This document shows positions 50,316-52,633 of a DNA stretch of 52,633 bases, in pieces. Source of the stretch: Candidatus Eiseniibacteriota bacterium (GTDB lineage Bacteria > Eisenbacteria > RBG-16-71-46 > SZUA-252); assembly GCA_031397435.1 (NCBI GenBank), contig JANNMC010000080.1:1-52633 (forward strand), in the 5' to 3' direction. The translations under genes and the position numbers were made by a program. Below the pieces are notes generated by a model. It saw only the letters and a list, made by a program, of their open reading frames with translations, did not search any database and had not been told where the DNA came from. Within the stretch, counting starts at the first letter, position 1, and every line of letters begins with the position of its first letter.

Positions 50316-51064
50316 GGCCACGATGGGGGGACAACCCCGCGACGGCAGCGTGGCGCGGGGCGCTCCTTCTCTTCGTCGCGCTCGCGGCCACCGGCGCCGG
50401 CTACGAGTGGGGCGGCCCCGCGGCGCGCGGACTGCGAGAGTTCCGCGCGGGGAAATCGCGCGAGGCGATGACGGCATTCGAGGAGGCGCGCCGCGAGCGG
50501 CCGCACGTGGGGGCCATCCGCTTCGACCAGGCGCTCGCCTTCCGCGCCGCGGGGCTCTCTGATTCCGCGAGTGCCGCCTATCGCGACGCCCTGGGTCTCG
50601 AGGGAGAACCAGCCCGCGCCGCGGCGGCTTACAACCTCGGGAATGAAGCGTTGAACGCGGGGAAGCTGGACGACGCCATCGGTTCGTATCGCGACGCGCT
50701 CCGGAGCGAACCGCATCGCGCCGACGCGAAGCGGAACCTCGAGGAGGCGCTTCGCCGCTCGCGGGAAGCGAAGAAGCAGCAGCGCTCGGGGAGCGGCGGA
50801 ACGGAGGGGGAGGGATCGGGAGGGACCGGAAATCGCCAGGGCGGGAAGACGCCGTTGCCGCGCGGTGCCGCCTCGGGGCCGGAGCGGCGGCCAGACGGCG
50901 GGTCGCCCGACCCAGGGTCGAAACTCGGCGCGCGGCTTCCAAGTCGCGAGGAAGCGGAACACTGGCTCGAGGCGCTCGAGGCGGAGCGGCGGGCCGCGCG
51001 TGCGCGCGAGCAGGCTTCCAAGCGCGCTTCCTCGGGCGAGAAGCGGAACGACCGTGACTGGTAG
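50312..51064 (+). CDS. TPR protein, BatC-like
   Basis: YNLGN, A...Y..AL...P...DA..NLE, low-complexity linker, EAE..L..L...E. Confidence 0.8.
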   Translation: MRPRWGDNPATAAWRGALLLFVALAATGAGYEWGGPAARGLREFRAGKSREAMTAFEEARRERPHVGAIRFDQALAFRAAGLSDSASAAYRDALGLEGEPARAAAAYNLGNEALNAGKLDDAIGSYRDALRSEPHRADAKRNLEEALRRSREAKKQQRSGSGGTEGEGSGGTGNRQGGKTPLPRGAASGPERRPDGGSPDPGSKLGARLPSREEAEHWLEALEAERRAARAREQASKRASSGEKRNDRDW

Positions 51065-52633
51065 GTTTCTGGATTCGCGCCGCGCCATCCGCGCCATCCG
51101 CGCCGCCGCGGTAATCGCACTCACCTGCCTGGCGGTACTCCCGCCACGCGCGGCGGCGGGCGTGCTCCGGGCCCAGGCCGCCATCGATCGTCCGGTGGTC
51201 GTGAGGGGGGAGCCGGTTCTCGTCAACGTGACGGTCGAAAGCGACGGATTCTCGGGTGCGTCGGTTGAAGCGCCGCGCGCCGAGGGACTCTCGATCGAGC
51301 GCGCCGGGACGTCGCAGAGTCTCGTGATGGCCGCCGGAAGCGTCGTGCGCACCGACATCGTGATCTTCCGCGTGACGGCGCCACTCCCGGGGAAGTACAC
51401 GATCCCTTCCTTCACGATCGTGGCGGGCGGGAAGCGATCGGAAACCGCGACCGTCTCCTTTGAGGTCGTGGCGTCGCTCCCGTCGGGCGGTGTCGGCCCC
51501 AGTGCCAAGGACGAGGAGGGGGCGCCGCTCTTCGCGCGACTCGTCGTCGATCGCCGCCGCGTCGCCTGGAACGAGCAAATCGTTGCTCGCGTGCAGATCT
51601 TCTCCCGCGGCCCGCTCGAGGAGATGCCGCTCTGGGAACCGCCGCAGGCCACCGGCTTCTGGGGGGAACCGCTCGGCGAGGCTCGTCACGATCGGGTCAC
51701 GATCGAGGGGCAGGTCTACGATCGTTACGAGCGGGTGCACGCTTTCTTTCCGACGCGTCCCGGACGTCTGACCCTCGGCCCCGCCCGGGCGCGTGTGCGC
51801 GCGGCTCGCCGGCACGAACCGGGATTCGATCCGTTCGGCGGCCTCTTCCCGGCGCCCGGGGTTGAAGTGGTAGAAGTCCCGATCGAGGCGGCGCCGGTGG
51901 ACATCACGGTCGACCCGCTCCCGCAGGGGGCGCCTCGCGAGTTTCAGGGCGCGGTGGGAAACCTCGCGCTCACGGTGCGCGTCGATCGGCCGCGCATCCG
52001 CGTCGGCGAACCGCTCACCGTCTCGACTTCCGTGCGCGGGGAAGGCAATCTAGCTTCAGCCACTGATCCCGTCATCGTAGCGATCCCCGCTTGCCCCTCG
52101 TATCCCGCGGGCGCCCGGACCGAACTCGATCGCTCGGGCGATCGCCTGCGCGGAGCACGCCGCCGAGAGATCGCCTTCGTCCCCGACCAGCCGGGATCGC
52201 TCCTGGTGCTCCCGATCTCGTTCGCCTGGTTCGATCCGGAAGCGGGACGCTACCGCGTGCAGCGCTCCGACACGATCGTGGTGCGCGTTGACCCGGCCAA
52301 GGAGGGAGGCGCGCTCGACGAGGACGTGACGCGGACGGCGGTCGGCGTCCCGGCCGCGCCCCGCCCCGCCTCTTCCTCACCGGGAGCGCGTGGGGTGCCG
52401 GGAGCGCGAGAAACCGCGGATCTCTCGGGCTGGCCGAGCGGGGCGCCGCTCGCGGCAGGTCTCTTCTCACTCCTGGGATACGCGGGGTTCGGGGTGGCCG
52501 CGACGGTTCGCCGGCGCGCCGCCGCCGATCCGCGCCGCCGCCGCCACGCACTCCTTAGGGAGGCCGCGGCCATCGTCGCCGCGGCGAGCGCGGAGCCGGG
52601 GGCGCCCCGGGCGGCGGAGCAGGCGGAAGCGGC
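51054..52633 (+). CDS. BatD-like protein, 3'-truncated by the window end
   Basis: Partly hand-translated from GTG 51054: signal peptide, GEP, in-frame FQGAVG (51942), GEGNL, FAWFDP...Y (52221); missing from the ORF track, consistent with no stop before the window end. Confidence 0.85.
   Translation, partial: MTGRFLDSRRAIRAIRAAAVIALTCLAVLPPRAAAGVLRAQAAIDRPVVVRGEPVLVNVTVESDGFSGASVEAPRAEGLSIERAGTSQSLVMAAGSVVRTDIVIFRVTAPLPGKYTIPSFTIVAGGKRSETATVSFEVVASLPSGGVGPSAKDEEGAPLFARLVVDRRRVAWNEQIVARVQIFSRGPLEEMPLWEPPQATGFWGEPLGEARHDRVTIEGQVYDRYERVHAFFPTRPGRLTLGPARARVRAARRHEPGFDPFGGLFPAPGVEVVEVPIEAAPVDITVDPLPQGAPREFQGAVGNLALTVRVDRPRIRVGEPLTVSTSVRGEGNLASATDPVIVAIPACPSYPAGARTELDRSGDRLRGARRREIAFVPDQPGSLLVLPISFAWFDPEAGRYRVQRSDTIVVRVDPAKEGGALDEDVTRTAVGVPAAPRPASSSPGARGVPGARETADLSGWPSGAPLAAGLFSLLGYAGFGVAATVRRRAAADPRRRRHALLREAAAIVAAASAEPGAPRAAEQAEA

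Noticed and set aside
51081-51104. 9-bp tandem repeat CGCGCCATC in the BatD-like signal region
   Set aside because: Under three copies, in frame, and consistent with chance in GC-rich sequence.

Overview
High-GC (roughly 70% by eye) bacterial chromosome segment of mostly core genes from a diderm, LPS-making organism. The rplM-rpsI-rpsB-tsf order, MoxR/Bat operon and TamAB suggest an FCB-related lineage such as Eisenbacteria; this placement is inference. In order: a ~350-nt AT-rich stretch (~32% GC by hand count over nt 1-300) with a short signal-peptide-like ORF; tRNA-Leu(GAG); a Zn-ribbon microprotein; SAM methyltransferase plus NDP-sugar epimerase; split transketolase; a minus-strand hypothetical-glpX-bshB1 operon; an SDR; recJ-rel-dtd-maf-mtnA; rplM-rpsI-rpsB-tsf-pyrH-frr-uppS-cdsA-dxr; a 7-gene ADP-heptose/LPS-core cassette sitting before rseP; TamA/TamB-like genes; pcrA-gatCAB-purD-purE-tsaC; a ywlE-like phosphatase-ilvE-glyA; and moxR-DUF58-lipoprotein-batABC-batD (cut by the window end). 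I found no CRISPR array, transposase, integrase, phage or defence gene, and I cannot support a clear-cut new multi-gene system. The best leads are the hypothetical-GlpX(DPLECT)-BshB1 operon with its bidirectional promoter and divergent atypical SDR, the methyltransferase-epimerase (YxxxR) pair, the AT-rich junction, and the rearranged dxr-[LPS]-rseP-tamAB locus.
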